NCBI GenBank assembly: GCA_965230295.1
Contig: OZ246001.1
Span: 3,827,502 to 3,891,501 of the forward strand
DNA from: Marinicella sp.
GTDB taxonomy: Bacteria > Pseudomonadota > Gammaproteobacteria > Xanthomonadales > Marinicellaceae
Length of the DNA stretch: 64,000 bases
Reading direction: 5' to 3'
Positions 60,757-64,000 of the stretch are shown piece by piece (the first letter of the stretch is position 1; each line of letters opens with the position of its first letter). The notes below the pieces were generated by a model. That model ran no database searches. It saw only the letters and a program-made list of their open reading frames with translations, and was not told the origin of the DNA. Made by a program: the position numbers and the translations under genes.

Positions 60757-62974
60757 TCAGTTCTTTTAAAATAATATCCTTACTTGGCAACACCAAATTG
60801 GCGGCATCTGCCAATGGGGTAAAAGTATCAGCGCCAGTGATTAATTTTAGATAGCGGCACTTGATACGCTGTTCTGCCAAAATTGAGATGATGCCTTCTC
60901 CTACACAAGCAGATCGACGACCTTCATCTACAATGATTATTCTATCAAATTTTTCACATTGTTTCTTGATTGCTTTTTCATTCAAAGGTTGTAACCAACG
61001 TAAATCCATCAGTTTGACCCGACTGTTGTATTTTTGTTCAAACTGTTTGATGGCTTGTAAACCCATCAATACGCCATTCCCATATGTGATAATGAGTATA
61101 TCTTCGGCATTATTTTGATAGATTCTGGGAGCTCCCAGGACTGTAAATTCGCCCGGTGCGGGGTAGCTAAAATTCCATAAGCCATCACCTTCTCTGAATA
61201 AGTCTTTTTGCATGTACAAGGCGATGGGCTCTATAAACAGTGAAACACGGCGGTTTACTTTTGACAAAGCCACCAAGGTACGCATCATATTGACGGCATC
61301 ATCGGCACGTGATGGACAAGCGACTACCACACCTGGGATGTCTCGCAAAGCGGCGATTGAATTGTCATTGTGAAAATGGCCACCAAAGCCTTTTTGGTAA
61401 CCCAATCCAGCTATCCTAACCACCATCGGGTTGTTGAATTGCCCATTTGAAAAAAATTGTAAACTTGCGGCTTCACCCCTGATTTGGTCACAAGCATTAT
61501 GAAAATAAGCCAAATATTGAATTTCCGGGATTGGCAATAAACCCAATGTCGCATAGCCTTGGGCCAAACCTAAAATGGTTTGTTCATCCAGTAAAGTGTT
61601 GAAAATCCGCTTAGGCCCAAACTTCTTCAACAATTGTTTGGTGATGGTATAGACGCCACCTTTTTGAGCGACATCCTCACCAAACAACACAGATTCAGGG
61701 TATTTCAACATCAAATCCTGTAACCCTTTATTGATCTGTACAGCCATGTGTTTAGGTGTTTGGTTTTCTGGCAGAGCCTTTTCACTGCCCATGGCTTCAA
61801 TCCGTTGTTTTTGATCAACCACCCTCGCCGCTTCTTCATGCACGGCTTGGCTGTCAAATGGTGCCAAAGGCGCCATGACTTGTTTTAAAGTTGTGAGTTT
61901 GGTGTCTTCATGGGCTTGGTTGGCTTTCTGCATACATTCAGCGAAAATGTTGTTATACATTTCGATGATCTCAGTGGGTTTCATTAGACCATGATTGATG
62001 ACAGAAGCCGCCGAGTTCAGTAACGGGTCTTGTGCCTCACAAGCTTCAAGTTCTGACAATTTACGGTAATCAACTTCGAAGTCTGTACCGGCGTGCCCCA
62101 TTAAGCGAGTGGTTTTGAGGTGTAAAAATACCGGCTTTCGTTCCTGTCGACAGTAGTCAACTGCCCTTCTCACCTGTTGATAGCCTGTTTCCAGATCTAA
62201 GCCATCAGCGTAAAAATACTGAATCCCCGGGCGGTACTTGAAGTTCTCACTGATCCAGTTCTCCGGGGTTTTGACAGAAATGCCAATCCCATTGTCTTCA
62301 CAGACAAATAAGATGGGGGTGTTCAAACCCTGAAAGGCTGACCAACTGGCCGCATTGAAAGCACCTTGAGCGGTGGAATGGTTGGTACTGGCATCACCGA
62401 AGTTGCACAATACTATAGAATCATCCGGTATCGGCATTTCAACAGCAGAACGCTGTGCCAATTCAATCCCCAGGGAACAACCCAACGCTTTTGGCAAGTG
62501 ACTGGCGATGGTGCTGGTTTGTGGTATCACCCACAACGGCTTAGAACCCCAAACCTTGTGCCTGCCGCCTGATGCAGGGTCGTTTTGACTGGCTGCAAAT
62601 GACAAACAAGTATCCCATATGGGATCTATACCTGGCACTTGTCGTGATCGCTCCATCATCAAACCACCACTTCGGTAATGTAAGAATGCAGGATCGGTGT
62701 GACGCACCAAATCACCCAGCATCACATTCCCTTCGTGACCTGAAGAACCAATGGTGTAAAACACTTTATTTTCCAGCTTTAACTTTCTGGCCATCAAGTC
62801 CAACTGCCTGGATCTGACTTGTGACTCAAACAATGTGAGTAATTTTTCAGCGGTTAAGCCATTGGCTGACAAGGGTTGTTTAGGTTCTGCGGCTTGATAA
62901 GAAGCAACAAACTCGACGAAGTTCTCATCAACCACAGCAGCGCGGTTGATGACTTTACTTTGCTTGGTGCTCAT
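60731..62974 (-). CDS. Fused E1 alpha/beta TPP-dependent 2-oxoacid dehydrogenase
   Basis: FGDAST..EDNG TPP motif; GEDV..KGGV and PEIQYLAY beta-subunit motifs. Confidence 0.9.
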   Translation of the reverse strand: MSTKQSKVINRAAVVDENFVEFVASYQAAEPKQPLSANGLTAEKLLTLFESQVRSRQLDLMARKLKLENKVFYTIGSSGHEGNVMLGDLVRHTDPAFLHYRSGGLMMERSRQVPGIDPIWDTCLSFAASQNDPASGGRHKVWGSKPLWVIPQTSTIASHLPKALGCSLGIELAQRSAVEMPIPDDSIVLCNFGDASTNHSTAQGAFNAASWSAFQGLNTPILFVCEDNGIGISVKTPENWISENFKYRPGIQYFYADGLDLETGYQQVRRAVDYCRQERKPVFLHLKTTRLMGHAGTDFEVDYRKLSELEACEAQDPLLNSAASVINHGLMKPTEIIEMYNNIFAECMQKANQAHEDTKLTTLKQVMAPLAPFDSQAVHEEAARVVDQKQRIEAMGSEKALPENQTPKHMAVQINKGLQDLMLKYPESVLFGEDVAQKGGVYTITKQLLKKFGPKRIFNTLLDEQTILGLAQGYATLGLLPIPEIQYLAYFHNACDQIRGEAASLQFFSNGQFNNPMVVRIAGLGYQKGFGGHFHNDNSIAALRDIPGVVVACPSRADDAVNMMRTLVALSKVNRRVSLFIEPIALYMQKDLFREGDGLWNFSYPAPGEFTVLGAPRIYQNNAEDILIITYGNGVLMGLQAIKQFEQKYNSRVKLMDLRWLQPLNEKAIKKQCEKFDRIIIVDEGRRSACVGEGIISILAEQRIKCRYLKLITGADTFTPLADAANLVLPSKDIILKELIVSEEIID

Positions 62975-62976
62975 GT

Positions 62977-64000
62977 TTAAAAGGCGTTTTTACCAGTTAA
63001 TTCTCGCCCAACCACCAATTGGTGAATGGTTTCAGTGCCTTCGTAAGTAATGACACTTTCCAAATTCAGCATGTGACGAATGGCCACATGTTCAGTGGTG
63101 ATTCCAGCGCCACCCAGCATGTCTCGACACTCACGTGCAATGTCCAAGGCCATTCTGACGTTGTTCCATTTAGCCATTGAAATTTGTGTCGGCTGTAGCT
63201 GGTCAGCATCTTTTAATTGACCCAACCTCACTGCCACCAATTGAGCAGTGGTGATGCGGCGAGACATGTCAGCCAGTTTTTGTTGGATGATCTGGTTTGA
63301 ATTCAATGAACGATCAAATAAAATCCTTTCTTCGGTGTAATCCAACACTTCCCGTAAACATGCCTGGGCCGATCCAATGGGCCCCCATGAAATTCCATAA
63401 CGGGCATTTGACAAACAACTCAGTGGTCCCTTAAGGCCTTTCACATGAGGCAAACGATTGGCATCCGGAACCCGCACATCATCGAAGAACAGTGCTGAAG
63501 TTACTGATGCGCGTAAAGACATTTTTCTATGGATCAGTTCAGTATCAAAACCTGGCATGCCTTTTTCAAGTATAAAACCTTGTATGCCATCCTCAGTCTG
63601 GGCCCAAACGATCGCATTATCGGCTATGGAACCGTTGGTGATCCACATTTTCGAACCATTGATGATCCAATCATCACCATCTTTTTTGGCATTAGTTTTC
63701 ATCGATGCCGGATCTGAACCGGCGTGCGGTTCTGTTAAACCAAAACAACCTATGACTTCGCCTTTTGCCATGGCAGGCAACCAGCGTTGCTTTTGTTCTT
63801 CGCTGCCAAAAGCATAAATGGGAAACATACACAATGAGCTTTGTACAGATGCAAAGCTGCGCAAGCCACTGTCACCACGTTCAAGTTCCTGACAAATCAA
63901 ACCATAAGAGGTGTAATTCAGGCCGGCACAATCATAACCATTTATGGTGCTGCCAAACAATCCCAGCTCAGCCATTTCTGGGATCAAATCCATTGGAAAT
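62977..64000 (-). CDS. gcdH: Glutaryl-CoA dehydrogenase, 5'-partial at window edge
   Basis: ELERGDSGLRSF.SVQSSL.M.PI, GCFGLTEP..GSDP and LESVITYEGT motifs. Confidence 0.88.
   Translation of the reverse strand, partial: FPMDLIPEMAELGLFGSTINGYDCAGLNYTSYGLICQELERGDSGLRSFASVQSSLCMFPIYAFGSEEQKQRWLPAMAKGEVIGCFGLTEPHAGSDPASMKTNAKKDGDDWIINGSKMWITNGSIADNAIVWAQTEDGIQGFILEKGMPGFDTELIHRKMSLRASVTSALFFDDVRVPDANRLPHVKGLKGPLSCLSNARYGISWGPIGSAQACLREVLDYTEERILFDRSLNSNQIIQQKLADMSRRITTAQLVAVRLGQLKDADQLQPTQISMAKWNNVRMALDIARECRDMLGGAGITTEHVAIRHMLNLESVITYEGTETIHQLVVGRELTGKNAF

Overview
AT-rich gammaproteobacterial chromosome segment, probably from a Marinicella-like marine lineage (inferred from gene content and the recurrent IFxxGFE protein tails). 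It spans the replication terminus: a near-canonical dif site lies at 28632-28659. Left of dif (1-28.6 kb) is a decaying accessory island of secreted repeat proteins (FG-GAP, LRR, BspA/DUF285, CotH, trypsin-like protease) that share a C-terminal motif. The island is interrupted by pseudogenes and a complete Tn7-like module, tnsA-tnsB-tnsC-tniQ, followed by a catalytically degenerate tyrosine recombinase (YR), with a divergent MerR-like regulator. A decayed second copy of the same degenerate YR lies at about 9.5-10.2 kb. A Tn7-type end (three 17-bp repeats plus terminal TG) sits only 30-36 bp from dif. Lead hypothesis (inference): a non-CRISPR Tn7-like family that uses a dead Xer-like recombinase and/or TniQ to target the dif/terminus region and has inserted there repeatedly. 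Right of dif (28.8-64 kb) are ordinary core genes (usp, katG, rlmKL, purT, lpxH, asnS, glnS, apaH, pyrE, xth, kef, telA, gcdH and others). No tRNA, rRNA, CRISPR array or cas gene was seen.
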